Positions 25,967 to 42,353 are shown, counted from the stretch's first letter. The stretch: DNA of 64,000 nucleotides from Octopus vulgaris (GCA_951406725.2 OX597822.1:34100001-34164000), one strand, 5' to 3'. Notes: generated by a model from the letters alone, not told the origin. Numbers and translations: made by a program.

Positions 25967-26361
25967 ATATATCATTATAATAGAGTAGAAAAGAATATGA
26001 TATCATATCGGAAAAACAACCAAAAGGAGTATATTTTCGCACGCGCTCATGTGTACATCTCTATACGTATATATATCTGTACAAATATATACACATATAC
26101 ACGCGCGCGCGCACGAGCCTCCCGTCCCATTTTTCGTGCTACCTTTTCATAGGAAGAGAACACCACTTCAAATACGGTCCCTGGTGTATTTTCGAACGAA
26201 ATATGATAACTTTTGTTGAACTTACTATTCTAAACACACATAATTACGCTCATATACTCACACACACATACATACATACATACATACATACATACATACA
26301 TACATACTCTCTCTCTCTCTCTCACACACACATACATACATACGTACACACATGCACATAT

Positions 26362-26917
<556 letters not shown>

Positions 26918-27463
26918 TATATACATATACACACACATGTATTTCTTTAAATATATTTGATTTCATATATGTCATTATTCAGTTTTATTTCAAAATTTCT
27001 TGCCAATAGCGAAAGAGCCGGTTTCTAACCTAGATCCAAGGTTGCTTCTCAGGAATTTCAGTATCAGCAACAGGGAATTTTTGTATGTATGTATGTATGT
27101 ATGTATGTATGTATGTATGTATGTATGTATGTGTGTATGTGTGTATGTATGTATGTATGTGTGTATGTATGTATGTATGTATGTATGTGTATGTGTGTGT
27201 GTATGTATGTATGTATGTATGTATGTACGTATGTGTGTATGTATGTATGTATGTATGTATGTATGTATGTATGTATGTATGTATGTGTATGTGTGTGTGT
27301 ATGTATGTGTGTACCTATGTATGTCAGCATGTGCGTACGTTTGTATTTGTGTATATAAATATATTACTTTCAGTTTATCTTTTCCTTCTCACTCTTTCAG
27401 CTTCTTTCTCACCCATTCGCTCACTTCCCCCACCTACTTACTTGCATACACACACGCTCGGTG

Positions 27464-27539
<76 letters not shown>

Positions 27540-27760
27540 ACAAACGCACACACGAACAAACGCACACACGCGCGCAGGATAGAAGCTTATAAAGCAATCA
27601 GACTGGTTGATGGTCACCCTCCCCCCGACATTCGAGCATACAGCACAAAGGTGTGTGTTGTGTACACACACATACGCACATATACACACACACACACATA
27701 CGCACATATACACACACACACACATATACACACACACATGTATGTATGTATAAGTGGGCT

Positions 27761-27841
<81 letters not shown>

Positions 27842-27966
27842 CGCACGTATACATATATATACACACACACACACACACATATATGCATATGTTCGAGTCT
27901 ATATAAATGTATATATACACAACCACGCACAGTCTGATCCACAGATATGTAGTTCAGTAACTATAA

Positions 27967-28045
<79 letters not shown>

Positions 28046-28131
28046 CATGCATACCTACATACAAACATAATACACACATACATATACTTAAATAATTACA
28101 CATGTATTTACATAAATATAGACTACGTATG

Positions 28132-28162
<31 letters not shown>

Positions 28163-28238
28163 GCACATATATATATACCTATCTCTCTCTATCTCTGATA
28201 TATATATATATATGTATGAGAGCGATGATCTCCAAACC

Positions 28239-28311
<73 letters not shown>

Positions 28312-28405
28312 GGGAGAGAGAAAGAAAGAGAGAGAGAGAGGGAGAGAGAGAGATAGCTAGATAGAAAAATAGATAATATATATATATATTTATAGATATA
28401 AGTGC

Positions 28406-28503
<98 letters not shown>

Positions 28504-28851
28504 TGATAATATATATATAGACATAGGTGCAAATACAAACCAAATACAAATACGAACTATATATACATATATATATGTGTGTGTGTGTGTGTATGTGTGT
28601 ATTACACATGCTCATGTAAACCGAAACTACTTTCACGAATGTAAGTTCAGTAGTAGTGGTAGTAGTTGTGGTGGTGGTGGTGGTAGTTCTAATAGTCAGC
28701 AGTCAAGATGTCTCACTCTCTCTATCTCTCTTCACCTCCTTCCTCTCTCTCTCTCCTTCTCTCTCTGTACGTCTCTTCTTTTAAGCACGAAAAAAAAAAC
28801 AAAAAAACTATATCCCCCCACCTCCGTTCACTGACGAACTTTATGGGGGGA

Positions 28852-28892
<41 letters not shown>

Positions 28893-29067
28893 AAGGCAGA
28901 GAGAAATAATAAAATAATAAAATGAACAAGTAAATACGTAAATAAGTAAAAGAATAAACAATAAAGAAAAGAAAAGAAAAGAAAGAAACCAAAAGGAAGA
29001 AGAAGAAGAAGAAGAAGAAGAAGAAGAAGAAGAAGAAGAAGAAGAAGAAGAAGAAGAAGAAGAAGAA

Positions 29068-29267
29068 AGACGAAAGCGAAAACCAGTCGGGAAGTTTTTT
29101 CTCTTGACGGAGCCAGGATATATCGTAACTCCTAGCAATTTCACCCAAAAGAACAACAATAGTTATTACAAGAATAACGAGTTTTATTACAAACTCAAAA
29201 TATCTAAACTTTCGTTATTTAATTAATATACATTTATAATTACAACAAAAAAAAAAAAAAACACAAA
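29068..29267 (+). promoter_or_regulatory. Probable proximal promoter/5' UTR of the PDZ gene
   Basis: Non-repetitive stretch between (GAA)n (28996-29067) and an ATG in strong context (ACAAAATGG); start site not determinable from sequence. Confidence 0.35.
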
Positions 29268-29375
29268 ATGGGTGAAGTTGCTAGAGTACAATTAAGACGG
29301 ATGGATACCGCACAGCCCTGGGGATTCAAAATGCAGGGAGGAGTTGATGTCGGTATTCCTCTACATGTTGCCCAG
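29268..29375 (+). CDS. First coding exon of a PDZ-domain protein, Zasp/ALP-Enigma (PDZ-LIM)-like
   Basis: MGEVARVQLRRMDTAQPWGFKMQGGVDVGIPLHVAQ contains the PWGFxxxGG carboxylate-binding loop characteristic of PDZ-LIM proteins; phase-0 donor CAG|GTAGAT. Confidence 0.88.
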
Positions 29376-29485
29376 GTAGATTATCGATTAATCATTTCAA
29401 ATATTCGATTTCTGTATTTTTCTTTTTTTTTTTTTTCGCTCTCTCTGACTGTCTGTTGCCCTCTACTCTGTCGCTCTCTGTTCGC

Positions 29486-29965
<480 letters not shown>

Positions 29966-30189
29966 GCTGGCCTGTCTCTGTTCGTCTCTGCCTTCTTTTT
30001 CTTCTTCGTCCTCGTCGTCACCACCACCACCACCACTATCATCATCATCAACATCATCGTGATGATCGCATCATCGCGTCATATTTTAATGACAGTTTAT
30101 ATAAAATACTTTGTATCCGATATAGACATTTATAAACATATACATTCACAGACACACAAATACGTACGTTTTCATACATACGCGCACAC

Positions 30190-30230
<41 letters not shown>

Positions 30231-30251
30231 TATATATATATATATATATAA

Positions 30252-30485
30252 TATTTCTTTATTGCTCACAAGAGGCTAAACATAGAGGGGAACTAACAAG
30301 GACAGACAAACGGATTAAGTCGATTATATCGACCCCAGTTCGTAACTGGTACGTATTTAATCGACCCCGAAAGGATGAAAGGCAAAGTCGACTTCGGCGG
30401 AATTTGAACTCAGAACGTAACGGCAGACGAAATATCGCTAGGCATTTCGGCCGGCGTGCTAACCTTATTGCCAATTCGCCGCCTT
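30252..30485 (-). mobile_element. SINE family B
   Basis: Reverse complement of the family B consensus. Confidence 0.85.
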
Positions 30486-30516
30486 TGTATATATATGTAT
30501 GTGTGTATGTATGTGT

Positions 30517-30567
<51 letters not shown>

Positions 30568-30583
30568 TGTTTGTATATGTATG

Positions 30584-30625
<42 letters not shown>

Positions 30626-30629
<4 letters not shown>

Positions 30630-30840
30630 AATGTGACCACGTGTGTACCGTTGGCGATTTTTTTCCCTCTGTCTTCCCTTCTCTGGATCTTTCCTTCTCC
30701 TATGTTTCCGACGAAGAGCTCCGCTCGAAACGTTAAACCCTCCTTCTTTCCTTCTTTCCTGAGCGTCCAATAATATTATATTTGTTCCACGTCCTCGCAT
30801 TGTTGTGTTTTTTTTGTGCTTTCTTGTTTGAATTAACTTT
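30626..30840 (+). mobile_element. (TA)n-flanked Penelope-like terminal repeat with minimal hammerhead motif at 30704-30738
   Basis: GTTT-CCGACGA-A-GAGC(TCC)GCTC-GAAAC-GTT-AAAC: 4-bp stems I and II, palindromic ACGT stem III, U4-to-C core change; relatives at 2140-2340 and 32043-32135. Confidence 0.65.
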
Positions 30841-30872
30841 ATATATATATATATATATATATATACATACTA

Positions 30873-31194
30873 AAGTGTGTAGCTTAGTGGTTAGGGCATT
30901 CGGCTTATGATTGTAAGGTCGTGAATTAAATTTCCGGTGACGCGTTCTGTCCTTGGGCAAGACACTTTATTTCACGTTGGTCCAGTCCACTCAGCTGGCA
31001 AAAATGAGTAGTGCCTGTATTTCAAAGGGCCGGCCTTGTCACACTCTGTGTCACGCTGAATCTCCCTGAGAACTACGTTAGGGGTACACGTGTCTGTGGA
31101 GTGCTCAGCCGCTTGCACATTAATTTCACGAGCAGGCTCTGCCATTAATCGAATCAGCTGGGACCCACGTCATCGTAACCGACGGAGTGCTCCT
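30873..31194 (+). mobile_element. SINE, body-2 + tail-X type
   Basis: tRNA-like head GCTTAGTGGTTAG, body GTCCTTGGGCAAGACACTTTATTTCACG, tail CTGTATTTCAAAGGGCC...CCGACGGAGTGCTCC. Confidence 0.85.
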
Positions 31195-31199
31195 TATAT

Positions 31200-31258
<59 letters not shown>

Positions 31259-31264
31259 CATAGA

Positions 31265-31304
<40 letters not shown>

Positions 31305-31320
31305 GATGCATATATATATT

Positions 31321-31366
<46 letters not shown>

Positions 31367-32134
31367 GATGCATATATATATTTACATATATATCTGTGTG
31401 TGTGTGTGTGTGTGTATTTTAATAATTATATACATAATTATGACAAGGGATTGGCTATAAGTGTCACCAAGCGCTGGTAAAATAGACGCCAAAAGACACT
31501 GTTATCACCTTAAAATTCCGATACTAAAACACTATTTTCCCAGTGTGTGGAGAGGCTTATAGCCAATCCCATGTTATAATTATGTATATAATTATTAGAA
31601 CTTTTGTAAAATTTACCTATAAAGTTTTTATTTCCGCGCCGACCCTTGATAAAATCATTAATGATATTTACCCTTTATTATTATATATATATATATGTAT
31701 GGATTTAAATATACATGTATGTATGTATGAAAATCATGTTGTGCAATTGAGACTATCTCCTTGTGCTAATTAACGGTTGTTAGTGCCGAGCAGAGAAGCG
31801 TAGAGTACCAGATGCTTTGTGATAGACTGTTTATTTTAGTTTACCTCTCTCGCTTTCTTTCTCTCACTCCACTGTCATTCAGCACTATAATAAATATTTA
31901 CACTCTATTACTCAATAACAGTATTTTGCTTCTTGTTTGTAAACTTAGACTTTCGTGTGTGCTTGTGTTTGTTTGTGTGCATGTGTATGCCTGTGCGTGT
32001 ATATATGCCTAAGTGATTGTGTGTGTATATATATATATATATTTCCCTTCTTTCCTGAGCGTCAAATAATACTTTAATTGTTCCACGTCCTCGCGTTGCT
32101 GTGTTTTTTTCTGTGTTTTCTTGTTTGGATTAAC

Positions 32135-32181
<47 letters not shown>

Positions 32182-32182
32182 A

Positions 32183-32427
32183 ATGCGCCCTTTTAAAGCC
32201 TAACCAGGCTCATGGGCCCGGTTTCCCGGTTTCAATGGCGTATGTGGCCCCCATCTAGACGGGACGCCAGTCCATCGCAGCGTTACTCATTTTGCCAGCT
32301 TAGTGGACTGGAGCAACGTGAAATGAAGTGTTTTGCTGAAGAACACAACGCGTCGCCCGGTTCAGGAATCGAAACTACAATCTTATGATCATGATGCTGA
32401 CATCCTAACCACTAAGCCACGCGTCTC

Positions 32428-32430
<3 letters not shown>
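32183..32430 (-). mobile_element. SINE, body-2 + tail-Y type
   Basis: Same head and body as 30873; tail GGACTGGCGTCCCGTC...GAAACCGGGAAACCGGGCCCATGAGCC. Confidence 0.8.
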
Positions 32431-32488
<58 letters not shown>

Positions 32489-32501
32489 GATATGTGCTGT
32501 G

Positions 32502-32593
<92 letters not shown>

Positions 32594-32958
32594 CGTCTGT
32601 CTTTCTGTCTGCCGATCGGTATATATCGTATTTGGTGGCCTATAAGACACTTTTTTTCTTACCCCAAAATGGCTTTAAAAACCCACCAACGTCCAATGCA
32701 CTCAATGTAGGCTCAAAACTCGCCCAAAGCGGTGTGTATGTTTACAAAACGTGTGCTGCCATCTATTGGTGAACAATCGCCTGGGGTATGTTTATATCGA
32801 GTGTGGATGCATTAAATTGCTTATAATTACCGGTAATAGCATAAAGTTATACAAGTTATACAAATTAAAACATTATTTTATTGGTAATTTATTTCTCAAA
32901 AGTATAGCCTAGGCTAGGGTGTGTCCTGTGTATTCGTGAGTCTTATAGTCCATCAAAT

Positions 32959-33011
<53 letters not shown>

Positions 33012-34760
33012 TATATATGTATATGTGTATACACACACATGCACGCAGACACACACACATACACACACATACACACACATATGCAAATCAGGATATGTTG
33101 GAGTGGCTACCCGAAGTTTCTGATTACTGATCTTCAGTAAAATTAGAAGTGGATACTCCATTTATCTCTTTGTTTCTCTCTCTCTCTCTTTCACTCTCTC
33201 TTTCACTCTCTCCCTCCCTATCTCCCCATCTCGTCCCCCCCTTCTCCCCCTCTCTCTTTCTCTGTTTCTCTCTCTTTCTCTGTTTCTCTCTCTTTCTCTC
33301 TCGGTTTTTAGTTTAAATCACACTCGGGATCGTCGTATTTTGTTTCGTTCTCTCTGGATTGATAACGTAAATAATCCTCGTATTATACAAATCCACTTCT
33401 TCCCTGGGAATTGTCTTTGGACCGCTGTAAGAAATCAACGGTTTTCCTGTTGGAAGACCCTTGGCTACAGTAATTTACATCCTGAGTTCAAAATCCAAAC
33501 TTTTCTTTTCAGTCTTCCAGTTTAGTACTGGGGCTAATTTAATCAACTAATCCATTACAAAAACAAATATAAACGTGATCTTGTGCGCATGTACGTACTA
33601 AACATTCCTTAATTTTACGTATTCTACTTTCGTTACCAGCCATTAACTGGAATCAATTAAATCGCTTAGGCGAGTAGCATAAAATTAAATAAATGCGTTT
33701 CATATCAGTGTGTGCAATCATAGCTTATATATTCTTGTACATTCGGACATCACTGCTTGCTGCATCTCTAATAAAAGACGTTACAATATTTAGCCATATA
33801 TAATCCTCTCGGTCCGTATTCAAAATCTCTTTGTGGTTAGTTTCGTCTTGCAATCGTGACTAGGATCGATAAACTACGAGTACCAGTGATATTGTAACTG
33901 TTATCGTCACTGCCTCCCAAACCATTTGATGCAAAGGGGTCCTCCATGTATTTGCACCAGACTTGACTATTGCCCGTTTCATTTCCAGCTTTTGAACAGT
34001 TGTGATGACTTCTTTCACTATACGTCATTTTCAGCCGAGTAGACCTAGGTCTTGTTTATTTTCCCCTGCTACTTTCGATTGTCCATTTTACCGCTTGACC
34101 AATTAACCGGTTTCCAAGTTGTGATCGAAGACCATGGCTCAACCATTACAGTTTACTCTTCCTTATTTCATCTAAGGGCGGTGATATTTAGTAACTGCGC
34201 TTTACGTCCCAATTTCAAATCCCGCCGATGTCGACGTTACCCTTCATCCTCTTAGGGTCAGTTACTGGGTTTGATAGTATTGATTGAACCCTTCTTCATT
34301 TAGGCCTTTTGCTTAAACGAGAAACCCGTTATTTCTTCACCTTGGAACGGTAGATTCATACAACGTGTAGCTTTCCAGGATTTAGTTACGAATTTTTACC
34401 TTCTAAGTTCGAATCTTGCTTGCGACAACTTTGCTGTTCATTCTTTCGGGGTCAATAAAATAAGTACCATTTACGCACTGGGGTCGATGTAATCGACTTA
34501 CCCACTCCCATAAAATTGCTGGCCTTGTGCCAAAATTTGAAACCAATGAATATTTTATCATTTATATACTTTGAATGGGAGAGTTAATTCGTCGTTCGAT
34601 ACTCACCTGGTACTTTGGGGGTTATATACGGAATCCGTATTCTTGGAGGCTTTGGGACTAGGGACCACATATCCACCCTCCCGCTAGTGCTGGAGGCCCT
34701 GTGAAGGGCCATAGGCATAGCATTCCATCCTCGCAGAAAGATATATTACAGACACACACA

Positions 34761-34848
<88 letters not shown>

Positions 34849-35304
34849 CACAGATATATGTTGTTGAAGTCATAAGAATCTTCTAGAATTTCGAGAGAAC
34901 GTGAAACATCTTTTTGGAATAGCGGATCTCGAAGTACATAGAAAATGCAATGTTTTTACAGCTTTATGTGGGCTTAGTGTGGACTTCGAAATCCACTATT
35001 CCAAAAGTTAAAAAAAATTACATATATATATATATATATATACGTATGCATGTATTAGTACCTAGATGCAAATATACATAGTCAATAGTATATATATATA
35101 TATATATATATATAATACAGTGTACATTTAAACACATGAAGAGGTATCCATCATAGGACTCCCTTACGCTAGAAGGAACAGCTATAGTCCAGTTTAAATG
35201 TACACTGTATTTTATATGAATAATATATAGTCTATTGACTAATTTTTCCATACGCTAGGCCACTGGTAGTAAGAATTTCTAAAATCTTTATTACCCTGAT
35301 ATTA

Positions 35305-35372
<68 letters not shown>

Positions 35373-35525
35373 TTGGAAGGTTTGGAGATGATGTACAGGT
35401 ATTTTATATTAGAAGAAATGAGGTACTCAGAAAATCGGATGGTTTTATATTTACAGATATTTATTTGTATATTACATGTTTTTATACATCATATAACTTA
35501 GATCATGTATTAGCGCTTTCTCCCA

Positions 35526-35605
<80 letters not shown>

Positions 35606-36134
35606 GTATGCATACGTGTGTGTGTGTGTGAGTGTATTGTGTTTTGCTTACCAATTATAGACCGTAGTCAATCCAGTTAGCTACATCATTAAAAATAGCC
35701 TCTCACAGCCTCTTTATAGGAAGCATGCTGAACGCTGGACCGCATAAATAAACACAGCGATTTTGAAAGTAGAATATAAAATGGGTTGCCGTAGACGTGA
35801 AGACATAAAAATTCTTATCTTTTGGGCAGTATTCTTAATTGAAGAGTGACGTTCTCATAGTAAACTTTAAAACTGTTTACATCCATTAATTGCTGAGAGA
35901 GACTTTCATTCTTAGCTTCATATCTTGGTCTTTACTTAAGCTACCGATAATGTTATTTCTATTCCTCATTTCGTGTTTACGAGTTTTGCGCTACCAATGA
36001 CTGACTAACTATGGAAACGAAATCGAAGACATAGTCGTAATATTTAACATATTTAAACAACGTTGGAAACGCTTAGGAATTTATACACTGAAACGGGAAT
36101 ATTATAATTTATAAAATCGCATATTCCGCTAGTT

Positions 36135-36237
<103 letters not shown>

Positions 36238-36441
36238 GTGTCTTTGCGTCTTTTCATGTACCTATGTTTTGTGAATGTGTGCTTGCGTATATATATAAAT
36301 AAATATATATATGCACATATATATGTGTGTGTGAATGTGTGTATTATATGAGTGTGTGTGTGTACATATATATATATATACAAACATACATACATATATA
36401 CACACGTATAGCTGTATATGCATGAGTATGTGTGAATGTGC

Positions 36442-36494
<53 letters not shown>

Positions 36495-36654
36495 TTGCGT
36501 GCGCATATGCATACACACACATATACAAAAACGCAAAAATATCTATAATCTATGAACATACGCATATACATATATATCTATAATACATACATACACGCAC
36601 ACACGCACACATACACGCACACACTGCTTTATATATGCTTCGTTTGTATATATG

Positions 36655-36697
<43 letters not shown>

Positions 36698-37394
36698 CAG
36701 ATAAGTCGGTCATAATCTTACTCCATTTTACTCTATCTTGTCTGCTCTAGGCACACCCAAATACCAGCAAGACCAGGTCAAGGCGCAGGCAATATGGTGT
36801 GTAACGATAATATAGAGCGAAATATAATGCTGTATGTGTGTGTGTGTGTGTGTGTGTGTATCTATGTATATACATGTATATGTGTGTACGTACGTGTGTG
36901 TGTATCTATGTATTCGTATGCATATATATATGTGCGTATGCGTATCAATGTATATACATGTATGTGTGTGTGTTTGTATGCGTGTGTGTGCGTGTGTATC
37001 AATGTATATACATGCGTATGAGTGTGTATGTGTTTATGTGTGTGTGTATGTTTGTGTTTATACGTGTGCGTGTGTGTATGTGTGTGTGCGTGTATAAATG
37101 TATATACATGCATATATGTATGTTTGTGTGTTTGTATGTGTGTGTGTATGATTGTGTATTTTTGTGTGCGTGTGTATATAAATAGACACATACACACACA
37201 CGCACATAAAACCACACCAACACATTTATGTTAAAGAAAGTCTATTCCTAAATCAACAACACTCACATGTACATATGTATATGTCTGTATGTATGGGAAT
37301 GTCTGTGAGTGTGCATGTGTACACCCAACCCCTAGAAAATTATGAGTCGTTTCAATAAAAATATAAACTATACAACTGGAAACGAAACTAGAGA

Positions 37395-37610
37395 TACCGG
37401 TTTCAAATTTTGGCCCAAGGCCAGCAATTTCGGTGAAGGGGGGAAAACGATTACATTGATACCAGTGATTAAGTATTACTTGTTTCATCAACCCAGAAAG
37501 GATGAAAGGCAAAGTCGATCTCGCGGAATTTGAGTTCAGAGCGTAAAATGGATGAAACGCCGACAAGTACATTGCCCGGCGTGCTACCGATTTTGCCAGC
37601 TAGCTGCCCT
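37395..37610 (-). mobile_element. SINE family B (diverged)
   Basis: Reverse complement of the family B consensus. Confidence 0.7.
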
Positions 37611-37655
37611 AAAAAGAAGGAATATATATATATATTTTATCTCTAATTTAATATA

Positions 37656-37718
<63 letters not shown>

Positions 37719-37728
37719 TTTATAGAAG

Positions 37729-37781
37729 GAGCTTCTACAGGACTAGAACTGTTTCATTCAAGATAATTCATCAGGAAGCTC
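37729..37781 (-). ncRNA. Structurally complete type I hammerhead ribozyme
   Basis: Minus strand GAGCTTC-CTGATGA-ATT(ATCTTG)AAT-GAA-ACAG(TTCTAGTC)CTGT-A-GAAGCTC: 7-bp stem I, intact core, 3-bp stem II, 4-bp stem III, GUA triplet; in a ~95-bp island between (TA)n tracts. Confidence 0.8.
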
Positions 37782-37804
37782 AACCCGACTCAACCCAGGA
37801 CTAC

Positions 37805-38155
<351 letters not shown>

Positions 38156-38156
38156 A

Positions 38157-38187
<31 letters not shown>

Positions 38188-38697
38188 AATAATAATATAT
38201 TAGCATTAGTTGATTACACTTATGTGTTATATGAAATACCGCAAAAACAATAAAAATTAATAGACAAAAGAAACCCAGAAGACATTAAAAACAACCTACA
38301 GCAACTATGGCAGCCATATTTGTAATAACGCAGAAATGATAACTCAACACAGATGCCGAACACATGAAACAAAAATATGAAAGAAACCAGGAGGTAACTG
38401 TTAAACAAATACACATCTGTCGATAATGATTTTATCAGTTACAGCATAATTCCCATGATCTCTTGTTGCCAACTCTATACAACGCATACAACGCTGCAAC
38501 AATACTGCGTTATCGTAGCTTTGTTCGAAAAATGTGAATGAGAAGAGCGCTTTCGAAACGTTATTTGATTTAGGACGTTAGGAAGGCTAAGGAGTAACAC
38601 GTATGTATGTATGTATGTATGTATGTATGTATGTATGTATGTATGTATGTATGTATGTATGTATGTATGTATATACATCTGTGTATAAATCCACAAG

Positions 38698-38855
38698 TTT
38701 TTTTTTATTCTCTCTGTTTATTTTCTCGTGTTCTTTTCTGTTGAAGAGCGTAGGGTCGAAACGTAAAAGACTTTCTCACCTTCCCGAGCATCAAACTAAC
38801 ACACCTGTTTGTTGTTTATACACCTGTCTTGGTTTTTTGTTTTTCTGTAAATTTC

Positions 38856-38860
<5 letters not shown>
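38698..38860 (+). mobile_element. Penelope-like terminal repeat fragment with variant minimal hammerhead at 38732-38770
   Basis: TCTTTT-CTGTTGA-AGAGCGTAGGGTC-GAAAC-GTA-AAAGA; ends in (TA)n. Confidence 0.5.
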
Positions 38861-38911
<51 letters not shown>

Positions 38912-39083
38912 TACAAAATTAGAGAATGGAGAAACATACTTAAATCAATAAAACATCAACTATCCGATGATACCCAATCAATACTTTAATACACCATTAC
39001 ATATGAGTAGAGGCATTATACAAAAAGAGATATACATTAATAGTAAAAAGATAAAGAGATATAAGTAAAAAATTTCAAATATA

Positions 39084-39156
<73 letters not shown>

Positions 39157-39159
39157 TAA

Positions 39160-39191
<32 letters not shown>

Positions 39192-39303
39192 AATATATAT
39201 ATATATATAATATAGTAAATATATACATATATATATATATATATAATATAAATATATATATTTATATGTATATAATATAGTATATATATACGTATATATA
39301 CAT

Positions 39304-39350
<47 letters not shown>

Positions 39351-39534
39351 ATACATACATGTATACATATATGTACATACATATATACATGCATAATCCG
39401 TTTCTTGAATAGCGCCGTGAATGCTGTACCAATTGTACGCTGTGAAGAATATAACACTTTTGTTGCCCTAAAGATGTTAGCATCAAAGTCTTTTATTTCT
39501 GTTGGTTGGGTTTGGAGGAAGGTCTTCGCATCCC

Positions 39535-40060
39535 TCTTAAACAGGTGTGATCGATGCCATTAATGTCCTTTTTGAACTCTTGCAAATATATCCCTGTCGG
39601 GAAAAGACATGAGCAGGAAAGGAATTCGAATGGGAGTGGATGCGAGGTTCTCGGAAAGGAAGGAAGGAAGGACTGGGCGCATTGGTAAACTTCTGACCTA
39701 AGCTGGATAGAACAAAGATGATGTAAGGGAGAGATACGAGTGAGTAAGGAATGCCTGTGCGGAGATGGCATGCATCAAGTTGGCTTGGAGGACCAGAAAC
39801 CATTATTGTAGTGGAGGAAATGCAGAGAGAGAGAGGGGGGGAGACGGGGAGGGAGGGAGGGAGAGAGCGGGGAGGGGGGAGATACACTTGGAAACCGGAA
39901 GCCGAAGCGTATCTTAGAGTGAATTTATGCCAGTCAGTCGAGTGTCTCTTTTCTGGATGCGGTCTAGGACGTCTATGTTTAAAGCAGATACACCATACCA
40001 TAATCGAACATAAAAATCGAACCCATGTCATATAAACACTAACTGGCACAACTATTTGAT
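39535..40060 (-). mobile_element. Decayed CR1/L2-group LINE 3' end
   Basis: Minus-strand WYGVSALNIDVLDRIQKRDTRLTG, AQSFLP and [19 protein letters not shown] resemble the C-terminus of this group's ORF2. Confidence 0.65.
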
Positions 40061-40553
40061 CTCGGCGTCCTCCTTCATTGCCCACTGCCCTGAAACAAAT
40101 CAAAGGATGATAAGATACCGCAGCCACGAAATGGGATCTGGATAGGTTGTACGAGGAAATATCAGAAAATATCAGTAACACCTGCATCAACATTCGAGCC
40201 TGAATGCTATACAGGCTCGTCCGACAATTGTACAATCGGAGCATGAAACCTATGGTAGCGCATGTGTCAATTCTGTGTGTTTTTTTTTAATGAAACTTAT
40301 CTCTCGATGGATAGAGTATATATTTTGTTGATCTTACCAATAACGAAACTGTAAACTACATATAGACATAGACAGTATATTATATATGTATACATATATA
40401 CATTATATATGTATACATATATTCAGCTCTGAGATGAAACTAGAAAAAAAAAAATGTGCGCACGCGCATATATGTGTGCCTGCGTGTTAGTTGGTGGATG
40501 TCTGTTGATTGAATGTAATCTTTTGTTATGAAGAGTAATTTTGCAAACACAGA

Positions 40554-40595
<42 letters not shown>

Positions 40596-40600
40596 GTATG

Positions 40601-40656
<56 letters not shown>

Positions 40657-41007
40657 TGTTTGTGTGTAGCTAAAGTAAACAACTTTAACCACTGAGTCGT
40701 AGAAATATGAAAACGGAAAGTTTATAAAATCTTTTAACGAAACCTTCACTCTTATCGTCTTTATAGTAAATAATTATTATAGTGACTTATTCAGTTTATT
40801 ATTAAAACTTTCTCTTCGTAATATAAGCGAATATAATAGCTGTGTAGTTAAGAACTGCGGCTCACAGTAATGTCATTCCGGCTCTTATACTCCAATACAC
40901 AACATCTTAGCCGTATGTCTTCGCCGTATATGATGAATACGAAGAGAAAAGACGAAATAAGGAGTCTCTTGACCATCGCTTGATCTGCTAGAAATTATAG
41001 GTTAATC

Positions 41008-41291
41008 GGATCTTTTCACTTTGACCGGCAGATTTTTAAAATAATCTCTATGACGCCGCCATAAAATGTTACGGCAGAAATTGAATTCATCTCAATAGAC
41101 GTCATTGATTGGTTGAACTTGCCGAAATGCAAGAAATTAAACAACAAATATGTTACAAACTACAGAATTTTCTCAAGAAAACTAAGAGAAAAAGATGTTT
41201 TATAAACACATTCAACCAGTATACGAAGTTTACATTTTTTTAGTTACATAGAAATTATTTTTTAAATCTGCCGGTCAAAGGGAAAAGATAC
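41008..41291. mobile_element. MITE with ~28-bp TIRs and 8-bp TSD (Merlin- or hAT-like)
   Basis: GGATCTTTTCACTTTGACCGGCAGATTT ... AAATCTGCCGGTCAAAGGGAAAAGATAC; TSD GGTTAATC at 41000-41007 and 41292-41299. Confidence 0.85.
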
Positions 41292-41560
41292 GGTTAATCT
41301 CCTTCAAACCTCAACATACTGTGTTACGTTGGATAATCTAGTCTGATGGTACTCTATTCTTGAGGAAAAACAATATGGTCAAGAACTCGAATGGTCTTTA
41401 ATCATAGTTATGTCCGCTCTATCATGGCTGATATATGACTAAAAAAACACTATGAACAAATCAAGTGAATGAATTTATATAACCGTAAATTTCCCGAGTA
41501 AAATACTTTCCGATGATATATCAATTTCATTGGGTCTCACCAAGGGTTTAACAACATACA

Positions 41561-41742
41561 CCGTATTTTAACGTGTATAAGGAACCTGCTTTTATCAAAA
41601 ATTAGGTTTAAAAAATATGGGAGTTTCTTATATATGGATAGTATTATAATCCCTTACAAATCTATTTTTTTTCCAAATTTTAAGCCCTCGAAATTAAAGG
41701 GTCCCTTATACACGAGGGTTCCTTATATACGTTAAAATAGAG
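41561..41742. mobile_element. Tc1/mariner-pogo-like MITE
   Basis: 26-bp imperfect TIR CCGTATTTTAACGTGTATAAGGAACC / GGTTCCTTATATACGTTAAAATAGAG, followed by TA. Confidence 0.7.
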
Positions 41743-41793
41743 TAGTTGTTAGTTATAATAAAATTCCACTATATTGTAGTATATTCTATAGTG

Positions 41794-41886
<93 letters not shown>

Positions 41887-42061
41887 TTTATGTATTTGTC
41901 TGGCAAGTGATTTGACCTGAGACTGAGTATTGAAACAAACAATTTAAGCAAGTAAGACACATACAAGCCATTCAAAAATACACAAAAAACTGTCAGCTTC
42001 ACTTAAACATCTATTATATTTCTATTAAACACTTATACCCACATAGATATATACATAAACA

Positions 42062-42353
42062 GTGAAGGCGCTTGGCCTAGTGGTTAAGGGGCTTATGATC
42101 GTAAGGTCGTGAGTTCAATTCCCGGCGACGAGTTCTGTCCTTGAGCAAGACACTTTATTTCATGTTGCCCCAGTCCACTCAGCTGGCAAAAATGAGTAGT
42201 ACCTATATTTCAGAGGACCGGCCTTATCACACTCTGTGTCACGCTGAATCTCCCTGAGAACTACGTTAAGGGTACACGTGTCTGTGGAGTGCTCAGCTGT
42301 TCCGTTGATCGTATCAGCTGGGACCTCGTCATCGTAACCGACGGAGTGCTCCT
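42062..42353 (+). mobile_element. SINE, body-2 + tail-X type
   Basis: Matches 30873 and 53133. Confidence 0.85.
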
